From NCBI GenBank assembly GCA_965649765.1, contig OZ287752.1, positions 21,328,001-21,392,000 of the forward strand: DNA of 64,000 nucleotides, in the 5' to 3' direction. Position numbers and translations under genes: made by a program. Every line of letters starts with the position of its first letter. Within the stretch, counting starts at the first letter, position 1. The stretch comes from Bispira polyomma. Its lineage: Eukaryota. A model generated the notes under the pieces. It was not told the DNA's origin and made no database searches. It saw only the letters and a program-made list of their open reading frames with translations. Below, one piece after another: positions 22,841-36,087 of this stretch.

Positions 22841-25800
22841 ATGGGTACAGCAACTAGAAAGAGGAAAGCACCACCTTTACCTTTACTACAACCAGAGGAC
22901 AAAATTGTGGAAGAGACTCAGATTGATGACAGTCAGATTGACACTCAGATTGACACTCACGTGGAAATTTTCACACAAGACCTTCCAGACCTTCCAGATG
23001 TTTTCCAGACCCAGACCAAGAAAATTGCCAAAAAGAGGAGCCAGCTAGTCAAATTGACCCACACACAGGAGGAGAATTTGTTGGATTGGTTGAAGGACAT
23101 CCCGGAGTTGTGGTCACGTGCAGCTGAGTATGTGCATATCCGGCAACCAGAAAAGATGGCAATGTGGTTGCAAAAAGCAGTCGAATATGACAAGACTGGT
23201 TAGTTCATATTATTTTACCTTAAATTACTTGTAATTATAATGTATTTTACAGCCTCGGTTAACTGTTCAATTTGAGGGAGTAAATTATTGTTTGGATAAT
23301 TAGATTTACATGGGTATAATGTGTGGGAGAGTATCCGGTTATTATATGTAATTTTATATGTCATTGTTCCCCCATTTTAATTAATGTAGCACCTCTATTA
23401 AGGAGGGAGTAGGCTCTTGTTTGGATAATTAGATTGATGTGGGGAAAAGTGTTGGATATTATCTTTCTATTATATCTCATTATATATGTCAATATAAATG
23501 TCATTGTTCCCCATTTTAATTAATGTAGCCCCTCTATTATTTGGCCATAGTGAAGGAGTAGGCTCTTGTTTGGATAATTAGATTGATGTGGGGAAAAGTG
23601 TTGGATATTATCTTGCTGTTATATCTCATTTTATATGTCATTTCAAATGTCATTGTTCACCCTTTTTAATTAACGCAGTGGTTACATCTTGGGAAATATT
23701 TCCCGGAATCGAACGAAAACATTGTATGTCGGGAAGTCAGGAAGTAATTAATTATTAATCACACATCGGAAAGGACATATCGGATAGCCTTGTTATTTAT
23801 ATTTTTTATTTAATTAGATTTATTATCGTTTATTAATATGTAACTTAGTTTGCAAAACATATCATGGAAAATGTTATTAAGTCCGCCGAAAATTAAAAAT
23901 GTAATATTACCTTTTGAACCAAGTATATCCAATTAATTTGTGTTTTCTTTTCAGTGAAGGTGGAGAGTTGAACAATTTTCGGTTTTTTTTCAGGGAAGGT
24001 GCAGAGTTGAACAATTTTCATTTTTTTTCAGGGAAGGTGGAGATTTTAACTGGTGGAGAGTTAAACAATTATCTTTTTTTCAGTAAAATTTTTGTTAATA
24101 TTCTATTTTGGTATTTATTTTTCTATATATAATACAACAAACGTTTACATCTTTGTGTTATTATTTGGTCATCACAGCCCTTCTCGAATAAGTTTTGGTG
24201 TTTCCCAATATGCGCTTCCCGTAATGTTTCCCGAAATACAACGTTTTTGTTTGATTCCGTTCCATTTTAATTAATGTAATTAATGAATGTTGGCCCTCTA
24301 TTATCCGAACATAGTGACAGAGTGGGGTCTTGTTTGGATAATTAGGTTGATGTGTTGGGATAATGTGTTTGCAGATTATCTGGATATTATGAAACATTCT
24401 TCCCCCATTTTAATGAATAAATGAATGTTGGCCCTCTATTATCCGAACATAGTGAGGGAGTGGGGTCTTGTTTGGATAATTAGGTTGATGTGTTGGGATA
24501 ATGTGTTTGCAGATTATATGGATATTACAGCATGTTCCATTGCACCTTTTTATCTACAGGGGAACAATTGCTGCAGTGGTGGACAAATCTTCGCAACATC
24601 TATGGCCGTAACACAGACATTCTCACCTCTGGATCTGCACCTGCAAAACACACGATGAGGGTGAATTGAGTTCTAGAAAAGTGTGCCTTCCTGAGTGGCA
24701 ACATCGGGCGAATGACAAAGAGGAAGAACACTCTCTTGAAGTACGACCGGACCAAGTTGTGGGTCAGTCCATCATCCACTGAGCAGTCCACTGAGCAATC
24801 CACTGAACAATCAAGTAACCCATGCAGTCAATCAGGATCCTTGAATGATGGGTAAGGGCAGGATGAACGCACCCCAGATTCGCAGTTGTTAAGGTCTAGT
24901 TCGCAAACACCCAAAGGGTCAGGTGCTCGCAGCTCTTTGAGTGACTCAATCAGTGGTAAGCTATCGCAACAGCTGAATGACACTACCTACCTGCAGCAAA
25001 AGATGAATGACTACTTTAAGGAGGTCAGGAGCAGAAAAACCGGTCGTCGTCAGCAATTTTTTTAACATTTTATGTACAGATGCTGAAGCCATCGAGGATT
25101 GCTACTGGTTAAACTGCAGAAAGGACTTGTTGGCTGTGGTTGATAGGTACCTGCTGAGGTCCCGCCGGCCACCCAAATTTCCACGACTGTTGCCCGGTGG
25201 GACCTTGTCTAGCGTTTTAAAGGCCAGTGGAATTTTCAAAGTGAACGAGTGTTTTTCAGAGCCAGCCTCACCAGGATGGCTTTCGATGGAAATGTCACCC
25301 GTGGACATGTCTATGTTATGTCACGCTTCCACCTCTACCCCAGCTTCAGGTTCAGGCATGTTAAATGACAATTGGACACCCCTGTTGGCCTGATGTTGTG
25401 TCTACTTTCTGCACTACTGATGTTGTGTCTTCTTTCTCCAATACTGGTGGTGTGCCTGGTTGTCTACTTTCGGCAATACTGGTGGGGTGCCTCGTGTGTC
25501 TGCTTTCTCCAATACTGGTGGTGTGCCTGGTGTGTCCACTTTCGGCAATACTGGTGGTGTGCCTCTTATTTCTGCTTTCCCTAATGCTGGTGGTCTGCCA
25601 CGTGTGTCCCCTGTCTCCAATGATGGTCATGTCTCTGCTTTCTCCAATGCTGGTGGTGTGCCTTCTATGTCTCCTGTCTCCAATGATGGTTGTGTCTCTG
25701 CTTTCTCCAATGCTGATGTTAGGCAAGTGTTCCTAAATACTGAACATCAACATTCTAGCCTTGCTCAAGGTAAATCAACAGTCCGAGTAGCCAACCAGGT

Positions 25801-25903
25801 GGGAGATGTACTAGCAACAGCAGACGACCCTGGCATCATCTCCATTGAAAAGTGCCACCACAGTGGCCAAATTAAGTGGTTTGTCATAATTTTCCAGTTT
25901 TAA
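22841..25903 (+). pseudogene. Harbinger 1 accessory MADF/Myb-SANT protein gene (exons 22841-23198 and 24560-25903) with BESS-like segment and 11-aa repeats; stops/frameshifts
   Basis: LTHTQEENLLDWLKDIPELW...KMAMW|GEQLLQWWTNLRNIYGR...FL is MADF-like; phase-1 intron; in-frame TGA near 24668; C-terminal 33-bp tandem repeats (SAFSNTGGVP) at 25430-25715. Confidence 0.8.
23260..24530. repeat. ~130-bp repeat arrays (TTGTTTGGATAATTAG) and a ~555-bp inverted-repeat element within the MADF intron
   Basis: Five related units (23260-23680, 24270-24530); inverted pair CGGAATCGAACGAAAACATTGTA (23703) and TACAACGTTTTTGTTTGATTCCG (about 24237-24259). Confidence 0.7.
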
Positions 25904-25949
25904 TGCTATTGTTATATGATTTTTGGGTCATAATTATTGGTTTATATTT

Positions 25950-28900
25950 ATAACAATAATGTTATAGTCTTCAATGTTTTTTTAGTATCTGACCAAGTAA
26001 TGCTAAAATTATTGGACTTGTTATACACCAGGCCTTTAAAAAAAATTCACCCCCAATGCCAAGTTTAGTTGTCTGTGAATTTGAAATATGTCATAGTCCG
26101 AATGATATCGTTATATGGTTTTGGGGTCATAATTATTGGTTTATATTTATAACAATAATGGTGTAGTCTTTGTGTGACCCAATTGTAATTGAAGGGTGGT
26201 ATCACCATTGAGTTTGAAATGCTTTTTGACCTTTTCAAAGTTGGTCATGAGCTTAAACCATCCTTGATGTTCTTGTTCTCTGGAAGTGCATATGCATCAA
26301 CATCCAAGTTGTTCTATAATAAGTAATGACACAAAGTTGTCATCCACTGTATTTTCACCCCTTTTGTGGACTGCAGTATTAACAGATATTAAAATATGTC
26401 ATAGTCCTAATTATATCATTATATGGTTTAATAGTTATAATTATTTTTTTATAGTTGTATTAGTAACGAGTGTGTCTTTAATATTTTAAGTCTGTGGTTA
26501 AAGTTTGCGGCCTGTCAGAAGTTGAACTTGTGAAGCAGTAACATAATTGCTAAATAACATAATTGAATGACATTATTGAATCACATTACTGCATAGATAT
26601 TTTTAAGATATTTTCATGAAATTATTAATGGAAATTATCAATTAAAATTCAAAATTATTAATCAATATTTTAAATAAAATTTTTCCATTCCATTCTTGAA
26701 TAATATCATGATTCAAATCACTGTATTGTCAATCATATTGATCAAGTGAAATCTTGTTTAAATAATTTGATTGATGTGGGAAATTTGTAAATTTTGGGGC
26801 TCCTCTAGAATCAGGTTTCTAATTTAAATCCATTTCTCAACTCCATTCTTAAAGAAAGTTATCAATTAAATCACTAAATAATACTATAAATAAAATTAAA
26901 CATTATTACATCAACTTTTTAAAATACATCCACTACTCTCCTCTGTTGCTTTGTGACTGAGCCCCACAGTCCTCCATCTGCATCCACTTTTTCGCAGGTG
27001 ACCTCCATTGTTTACCTGTAAAATCTTCCTCAACTTCTGTACAATCTTGAGTGCCCTTGTTGAGCACCTTAACCGGAAGTTTGGTTCACTTTTGCCCTCT
27101 TTCTATGTGCCAGAGCCAGCCACTGTGAAGTCCTCCATCTCCTCTGTTGCACTGTGCCTGAGCCAGCCCCACAGTGCTCCATCTCCTCTGTTGGCCTGTT
27201 GAGTGCCCTTGTTGAGTGCCTTAACCGGAAGTTTGGTTCATCCTGTGGCGACAGTTCTGCTCACATGAGGTGACCTGGACATTGCTCCATTCCATCCTCC
27301 AGTTCACTGTCCGTGACATCCACATGCCTTCACTTGTTTTGCAGGTGAGAACCCCACAGTCCTCCATCTCTGTTTCACTGTGACATTCACAGTACTACAG
27401 TACTACATTTCTTTGGTTGCACTGTGCCTCAGCCCCACAGTCCTCCATCTCTGTTTCACTGTGAAATCTTCCTCAACTTCTGTACACTCTCAAGTGCCCT
27501 CGTTGGGCTTAACCAGAAGTTTGGTTCATCCTGCAGTGACAGTTCTGCTCACCAAAAGGGATTAAAAAATGAAATTGTCCATGGTGGGACTTCCGTTCCC
27601 TTTAATAGAGTGCTGCCATGAAGTGACCTGGACGATGCTCCATTCCTTCTTATGCAATTCTTCATTGTCAACCACTGTGGCCCTCTCAGTGGACCTCGCA
27701 TTCGATCCCCCGGCTTTGGTGAAGCATGTCGCATTTGTTGCATTCCTCCACTTCACTGTGTGTGAGTGCTACATTGTTCAATCCTTTTAGGTGGATGACC
27801 TCCGCAGTAATAGAATAAAAAAATAAATGAAATAAAATTATAAATAGAATAAAGAAATGAATAAAATAAAATTATAAATAAAATAAAGAAATAAATAAAA
27901 TAAAATTATAAATATATAAAAAAATGAATAAAATAAACTTATAAATAAAATAAACTTATAAAACTTGAAACACATATACACGTTATACAAGTTCTACTAC
28001 TATCAGTGGGAATGTCTACAAGGCTGCTGATGTTATTATTCTTGTCTTGATGTATCTTCTTTCTGTAGTCATTAATGTTTATTACTTGTAGCCAAACTTT
28101 CTTTTGGCTGGAAGTCCACGATCTGTAGTAGTTTTCCAACCTTAACGCTTGATAGCTACTGTGGCCCTCTCAATGGACCTTGCATTCGATCATCCGGCTT
28201 CGGTAAAGCAAGTCGCATTCGTGTTGCAGATTGTTGGGTATCTGCATGTGTAACATTTCTACCTCACTGTCATCCTGGCGTGTTTGATAGCTGATGAAGG
28301 GCTGCTTAAAAATGGCAGTGCATCTTTTGGGTTGCAGATTGTAGGTGACATCCACTTACCTGCACTGGTCTCTTCATGTATGAAGGGTCCAATGGAATTG
28401 TCCTTGGTTGGACTTCCTTTCCTTTTAACAGATTTCTGCTATGAGGTGACCTCCACCTTACATAATGCTTGCATTTATCAAAAAACCTACAAAACCAGTC
28501 CACAACATAGTGGACTTTTGCTATATTAATGATAAACTTTCGGCAGGAGTTCAGCAAGCTGACATACCGTTAAGAGGTTGGTCAAACTATTAAAATTACA
28601 TAGTCAAATGAAACAAACCCACAAAATAAAACAGAATTATTAATAAAATAAAATTATGGAATAAAATATAATTATAAATAATATAATATAATAAGATAAA
28701 ATTAAATATAAGATTATTACATAAATTTTTAAAATTGCATTCCTCCAGTTCACTGTGCATGACCTATACATATATCTTCCACTCCTTTCTTTGAGGGGGA
28801 CCTGCACTTGCACTTTCTTCTTGTGTGTGACCCTCACATGCCTCAACTTCATCCATTGCAGGTGACCTTGCCATCCACTTTGTTGAGATTCCCTGTATCC

Positions 28901-30760
28901 TCTTCTTCCAAACTATTATCATGCTCTTCCAGAATTTCTGTCTCTGGATTCCACTTTCTATAACACCACATCATGCAGTTACATTTTCTCTCACCTCTCT
29001 ACACCATTTCCCATTTGTGAGGTGTGATATCTGTTGACTTTTGATGAAACTGTATGGACAAAGGGCACTATCTTATGAAACTTACATATTCAAATAAAAC
29101 AAATTTATAAAATGAAATTAAAGTATAAATGAAATAACATTTTAAATTAAATAGAATTACAAATAAAATAAAATTATAAATAAAAAAAAATATGAATAAA
29201 AAAATAAATTACACATTACACATACACATTGTCAATTACATTCAACTCTTCCAGTTACACCTTCAGTCGTGTAATAAGTTGAATGAAGGCACTCTACCAA
29301 CTCTTGCCCGGAATTCTTTGAGTTTATTTGTTGCTATGTGCTTCTCTCTGTTGAGTTTGATGATGTCGTCTAGTGACATATCCATTTTGTCCTACATGGA
29401 TGCAAAGTCATAAATGAGTCATTGAAACTAAAATTAAACTTAAATCAAATAACATTATAAATAAAACAGAATTATAAATAAAATAAAATTATAAATAAAA
29501 TAAAATTATAAATAAAAAAATAAATTACACATTACACATACACATTGTGAATCACATTCAACTCTTCCAGTTACACCTTCAATCATGTAATAAGTTGAAT
29601 GAAGGAACTCTACCAACTCTCGCCCGGAAGTCTTTGTTTCTATCTGCTTCTCTCTGTTGAGTTTGATAATATCATCTAGTGACATATCCATTTTGTCCTA
29701 CGTGGATGCAAAGTCATAAATGGGTCATTGAAAATAATTAAACTTAAATCAGATAACATTATAAATAAAATAGAATTATAAATAAAATAAAATTATAAAT
29801 AAATTAAAATTATTAATAAAATAAAATTATAAATAAAAAAATAAATTACACATTACAGATACACATTGTCAATTACATTCAACTCTTCCAGCTACACTTT
29901 CAATCGTGTAATAAGTTGAATGAAGGAACTCTAACAACTTTCGCCCCAAATTCTTTGTTGCTATGTGCTTCTATCTGTTGAGTTTGATAATATCATCTAG
30001 TGACATATCCATTTTGTCCTACGTGGATGCCAAGTCATAAATGGGTCGTTGAAAATAATTAAACTTAAATCAAATAACATCATCAATAAAACAAAATTAT
30101 AAATAAAATAAAATTATAAATAAAAAAATAAATTACACATGAATTACGGTGTATGATGCATAAAGACAATATTCAATTTCTTGTTATTCAATTATGTTGT
30201 TCAGTAATTGACTCTTCAGTTGTCATTTAATAATATGCCACAGTTTAATTGGCATCAGCAAAGTACATCGTTTATCCAAATTTGTCATAAATAATGGTAA
30301 TCGGATTGTCCTCATCCAATAATTTTTCAGTATTGATGATACATAATGGATGGGCTTGATTTCCACCATCTCCAGTGATGCCCATTTTGCTTGAACACCT
30401 CATCCCTCCTAGTTTCCTTAATTGTCAGTATGTACATGCATACAGCAAAGAAAAAGTTGAATCTTCTTTATCTCCATCTCTGAAAAATATGAATATGTAC
30501 AATTAAAAATGAATAAATTAAAGTAATCAAATAAATTGAAGTAAAATAAAGTAAATTATGGTCCTTCTTACGGAAGTTTGCCGTGCCATAGAGATGTGAT
30601 ACTGCGATGGAATTATATGTGCTCCGGAGAAACTTGTGTACTTGTGTTACTCCCAGAGTTGCAGTTTTTTATGTATTGTTGATGTACTTATGAAAGTACT
30701 TGTGATGTATCTCAGAACTCAGTATCTCAAATGTCCCAGAGTAGCATTTTTATGTGATGT
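25950..30760 (-). other. Cargo region of Harbinger 1: mosaic of duplicated, degenerate minus-strand coding-like segments separated by A-rich spacers
   Basis: Lies between the 3' ends of the MADF and transposase genes; GC-richer blocks with internal duplications (26940-27790, 27940-28480, 28740-29080) plus a triplicated ~310-bp unit. Confidence 0.6.
29110..30140 (-). repeat. Three tandem ~306-321-bp units, each encoding DKMDMSLDDIIKLNR (ALYREF-type UAP56-binding motif)
   Basis: Motif at 29391-29347, 29697-29653 and 30018-29974; the middle copy is the 61-aa ORF 29506-29691. Confidence 0.85.
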
Positions 30761-31201
30761 AGTTATGAAAAGATGTTGCATTGCATAAGTATGTGTAATG
30801 TACTTTGTTTTGTTACAAATTAAAATAAAAGAATTTTGGATTTCAGTTACTTGTGTTATTTCATCTTATCTTTTTATTAAAATTTTACCAAAGGGCTAGT
30901 TATTTGGTCTTGGATTTGAACCCAGTAGTAGCACTTGTTGGTGTCTTAAACACTTTAAACACTTTGGAGTTTGAAAGTCAGATGACTACTTATTTGCTCC
31001 TGGGTTTGAACCCAGTTGATGGTGGTTAAGATAAATGTCCCTTGGAAATTCAGATGACTAGTTGTTTGCTCCTGGGTTTGAACCCAGTTGATGGTGGTTA
31101 ATTGCCCTTTGAAAGTTAGTTATAAAATAAAACAACAACAAGAAGAAAGCTTTATTCACAAAATGACATCTTAATTACAAACATTGGATACAAAGTATAC
31201 A

Positions 31202-32465
31202 TTAAATCATTCTGTTCTGCCAGGAAACAGCACCTATTGGGTTGTTGTAGTACCCCTTCAGTAAGGCACGCTGAGCCTTGGCTTCACTGTTTGCCGTGTT
31301 TCCCTACAGTATCTCATCCATATCTTGCAATGCTGCCCCATTTCTCCAATCCCCTGTTTGCAGATTCTGAGTGTTGGGCATTTGGATACCTCACTCTGCA
31401 AATGTTGTGCAAGATGCAGCAAACTGTGGTGATCAGAGTGGCTACTTCTGGACCATAGCGCAACTTCCCATTGAGGCATCTGAACCTTTTGACGAGGAGC
31501 AGGAGAGGCGGTAGTTAAAAATCTTCACTTCATAAGAAAATGCCCTATGTCCATACGGTTTCATCATGTATCTTGTGTTTGCAAACGCATCATCTCCAAT
31601 CAAGAAATAGGGCATGGGTTGGTCATCACCGAGCAAAGGAGTATCTGCTGGAAGTGGGAGCATGTCATCCTCTAAGGCTTTCTTTAAGTGAGAGGCATTC
31701 CAGATCTGGGTATCAGAGCAGCAGCCATTTGCACCAACATAGCGGTAGATGAATCTTTAGTCAGCATCCATTACAGCCAAAAGTATAATTGAGGTGAACC
31801 ACTTGTAGTCGGAGAACTGCGATCTACTGTGAGGGGGCTTCAATAGGGCGACGTGTTTCCCATCTATGGCACCAATGCAATGGGAAAAGTTCCATCTTTT
31901 CTCGAAAAGTTCTGCGATATTAGTCCAGCCCTAGGGTGTGTCTGGAGCAAATATAACTTCATCGAGGTATTCCGCTTCTATGGCATGGCAAACTTCCCGG
32001 ATAATCACAGACACGAAAACCATAGGCCAGAGACACGAAAACCATAGGCCAGAGATCTGTAGTCTGAACTAGTAGCCAGGTACCTCAGGATGATGGCCAA
32101 CATTAAACCTGGTTCTAGGGGAGCTATTTAATTGACTGTTTTCCTTTGCAGTCTTGGTTGCAGGCGTTGGACCAGTTCTTGAAAGAGGACAGGATCAATC
32201 CTGGTGAAATTCCTATAACTGGCAGGGTCCTCAGCCTCAAGCTCCTGCAATAGGTGCTCGTAGAATCTAAAGAGTGGTCTCCTAAGTATCTAGGGGCTGG
32301 TCCACACCTGTCTCTGCCTTCTTCTCACCACACCTACCTGTTCTTCCATACCTACCTGTTCCAAATATTGAGTTGCATTAAATATATATACCGCATCGCT
32401 TGTACTTGAACTATCATAGCTTGTTGCAGGGCCTGGAATTGCTCCAATACAAAGTTAAAAGCCAT
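31202..32465 (-). pseudogene. Harbinger 1 DDE transposase (HARBI1-like), frameshifted
   Basis: YRNFTRIDP, LAIILRYLAT, IGAIDGKHV, LIGDDAF, IFNYRLS and CCILHN motifs, with stops and frameshifts. Confidence 0.92.
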
Positions 32466-35286
32466 TGTTGAAAAATCCAGTGAACAGTAGAACAAATTTA
32501 AGTAATGAGGAAAATATGTACGATCGACTCCTATATATACCCCCAATAACGGCTACAAAATTGTACCCTGCAGAAGGGAAACGTCCCATACATATTTAAT
32601 GCGTGAGAGACAAGATGAATGAAACTGAAGCGAAACTGAAGCATAATTGGAGCATGCTTGAAGCATGAGGAAAGCGGCTAAAGCATAACAAACGGATCCC
32701 AAACAGAATGGGCGGGATCAAAACGTAAACTAGACGTCAGTAATACGTGACCAAAACGTATTAAACATTTCCGAACGTGATAAATAACATGCCCGACGTG
32801 ACAAGCGTGATTTAAACGGCAGCTAAAAATCACATTCCATGCGCGTTAATATACGGGGTAAGCGGGAAGTAAACGGTTTAAACATGTCTGAAGCGGCTTG
32901 GATGTAATTTTGGGCTTATGCTCATTTACGCTCAAACAATGGACTCGTTTACTTGCGTTTTCCTACATTTGCAAAAAAAACGTAAGCGAAACCTACTCAG
33001 TGTGATCACGGCATAAGTCAGGCATGCTGTTAGAGTTAAAAATGTCCCAGTGTCAAGTCGACTTGACTACTGCATCTCACTACTATGCACACAAAACCTT
33101 TCCTTAATTGCCCTGGCTGTCTTGAGTTGTGTATTGAATTCAAGGTAATTGTCCTACTTTTTAAGACCGACCATAAGTGCAGCAACCTGCCTACTTATCA
33201 TCCATGCTGCCTCTCAGCTATCTTACCAGAGGAAACCGTCTCCCCACTTATGGCTTTAAACCCAACAAACTGGCTGGTTCAAAATCATTTAAGGTTGCAG
33301 CACCTGCTGAGTAGAATGGTAGTCTTCGAACTGAACATTTGTCTCCTGGTCACTACTCAACTTGGATCACAAGCCATGTCTCTTACGGGACTATTCTTTT
33401 GCTTATTGAATTGTATGTGCACCTCACATTTTTCCTTGGTAAAGATATGAGGGTCAAATTAAAGGTTAAGGTGGTGAATATGTGTATGTAAGTAAAGTCA
33501 GTGAAACTGAAGTTTTAGGTATTTATTATCGTTATGTTAGAAGTAAGTATGCACAGGTAGGGTTTAAAAAGCATTTTTTTTAAATATGACAATTTTAAAA
33601 ACACTCAAGCCAAACTAAGAAAATTCAGGTATAGAAGAGGCAAAGGTGACGGGGACAGCAGAAGAAGCTTGATAATTTTGATAGAGACATGACCAGACGA
33701 CAAAATATCTCTACAAGCCATCTGCCATAATATTTTGGAGAGAAATATTATTATTAAAAGCAAAAGTTGGCACTGACCTTCTAAAAGTGTGAAAACTATT
33801 AGTTAAGGGGTATTCCCACATGTGTGAGGACTGAACCCAAGGCTGAACGCACATGTGTTTTAACTATTGGGAAATGAGGTTCAGTGGCACTGCCAAACAG
33901 AGAATCAGAGGATAATATAATGGTTCTCGAACGGCCTTTACTGGACACAGTATCCAATTTTTAAGTGAAGGAATTTGCATGATGTGAAAATGAGATCTAG
34001 TCTGCTGATCAAATGTGATTGAGGCTGGCCAACTATGACGTCTTTCCTTAAGAGGAAATTACGTGTTGGGTCAAACTTGGACCTTATCACTTCTGAACCT
34101 TGAGATTCGGACAAATGCAAAAATAAGCTAATAGGAAAATAACCCTGAATAGAGGGGAGTCACCAAGTCTCTGTCCTAGTATAACTTCGTGGCCATGTGT
34201 TTGATAGCTGCCAAGTAATTGTTAATCATGTTAAAAGAAGATCAAGTCTGAACTAAATGTTCCAATTAAATGTAATGAATGTTTTGAACTAGTTATTGTA
34301 GGTCATTGCAGTCTTGGGACGTAGAACACAGTTAATTCTCTGCCATGCTGAGGCTGTGAAGTTTTGGCTGATGTGGTTAGAACCTATAATTATATATTCA
34401 AATCAAAGTTGAAATAGTGTAATAGAATAGTGTGCCACGTACAAGAATCACTTAAGATGTTGACCCTCTGAGGGGGTTGGTCAGAAAAAAAACTTGATAG
34501 TAAGTCAGCTATAACATTTTCTTGACCGTTAACATGTTGAATTTTAATTGTAATGTCATGTGCAGCTGACAACAAAGAGCCAAAAAATCTTCTTTTGTCG
34601 TATTGGACCTAATTACCAGGACTACAGCCATATTATCATATTATGCGTTTATGGCTCTACTGCTCACCCCATACCCTTAAAATTAGAAGCATGTTAAACA
34701 TTTCGATAGACAGATATGGATAGAATTTGGCCATAGATGTTATATAGTGGAGTAGCATATACCTGATCTATGTATACTGCCCCTAACCCTGTAATGCCCC
34801 AGTCACCCTGCGGTTATAACCATTTAGAGATCTATGACCTTAAAATCGAAGGAAAACCATCGATCACTAACGATTCCCTAGGATCTTTGCAATATGTTTT
34901 GGTGGCACTCACACATATTTTAAACTTTTTGGGGGTTAGCCACCGGTCGCCTACCAGTCATACGATGGCCCACATTCGATCAACGGCAGCTCTCTGGAGG
35001 TTGTAGCGATTATGTGAGATCTGTAAGGACTTGTTGTGTGATGGTCGGCTACTAACAAAGACCTCGGTGCAATTGTCGGCGTCCAGTCTGAGATTGTCAT
35101 GCGAGTATCAAAGACTTCTCGCTGTTTATCGCACGGTGATCCTTACTGGTGGCACCTCTATTAAAGACCTATCGAGGATCAAACCTCATCTGGCTATAAA
35201 TACCGGTACCAAAGCAACCACTACTCATTATGCATTTAGTTATTGAGCAGTAAACATATCAGATTTAGTATAAGATATATTATAAG

Positions 35287-36087
35287 ATGGCATTTGTCGG
35301 ACCAGCAGCAAAAGCCCAAATCTTGGCTGTAAGAAGGCATCAGCAGCAGCGGCAGGCAGCTGGCCTAGTCATGCTGCTATACTTTAGGAGTAGGAGAAGG
35401 AGAGCAAGGCAGTATTGGGTCAGGCCCTGGATCAGCAGGCGTCTGCAGTTTGGCAACTATGACAACCTCATGCTAGAGCTAGAATCATATACCTCAGAAT
35501 GGAACCACCTATGTTTTGAGAGTTGCTACGGAGGATGACCCTCCGACTGACCAGGAAGGACACCAACTGGAGGCCTACCCTACAGCCTGGCATGAAGTTG
35601 GTCATCACCCTGAGGTACCTTGCATCTGGTACAGCTACCACAGCCACAGTCAGATTGTTCACTGTTCAACAACTCTGACCTGAAGACAAATATTGATAAT
35701 GAGACACTTGGTCTACCACCTGTTGAGTTACTTCCAGGTGATGTTCAGGACATACCTTATTGTCTTTGGGTTGGCCACTTACATGATGAAGCCATTTTTG
35801 CAACGACAGATGACAGATGAAGAGAGAATATTTAACTACAGGTTATTTCGTGCCCGAAGGATTGTTGAGAATGTCTTTGGTATCCTCAACAATATGTTTC
35901 GTTCCTACTGACTACTCTTCAACAAGACCCAGAAACTGTTGAGTCAATTGTGTTGGCATGCATTTGCTTACACAATCTAATGTGGAACAGGTATCCAGCA
36001 TTGCAGAATGCGGGGATGGATCATGAGGGAAACAATCACTAAGTTATTCCTGGAGCCTGGAGAGATGAAGCTGTCTTAGGAGACTGA
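35287..36087 (+). pseudogene. Harbinger 2 transposase, internally deleted
   Basis: YWVRPWISRR, LVITLRYLASG, IFNYRLFRARRIVENVFGIL and ACICLHN; the GAIDG segment is missing. Confidence 0.9.

Larger units (their letters stand above)
16588..33013. mobile_element. PIF/Harbinger DNA transposon 1 (16.4 kb including nested YR element 2 and cargo)
   Basis: TIRs TGCCATGGTCACACTGAG and CTCAGTGTGATCACGGCA; TAA TSD at 16585-16587 and 33014-33016; AAACG-rich subterminal regions; convergent MADF and transposase genes. Confidence 0.93.

Noticed and set aside
25361-25736. Several overlapping repetitive ORFs
   Set aside because: They are alternative frames of a 33-bp repeat in the MADF gene tail.
29347-30018. 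Host ALYREF/THOC4 or FYTTD1 gene
   Set aside because: Only the 15-aa motif matches; no RGG region, RRM or C-terminal UBM follows, and it lies within transposon TIRs.
31202-32465. Domesticated HARBI1/NAIF1 host genes
   Set aside because: The genes are disrupted and flanked by TIRs and TSDs, so they are transposon copies.
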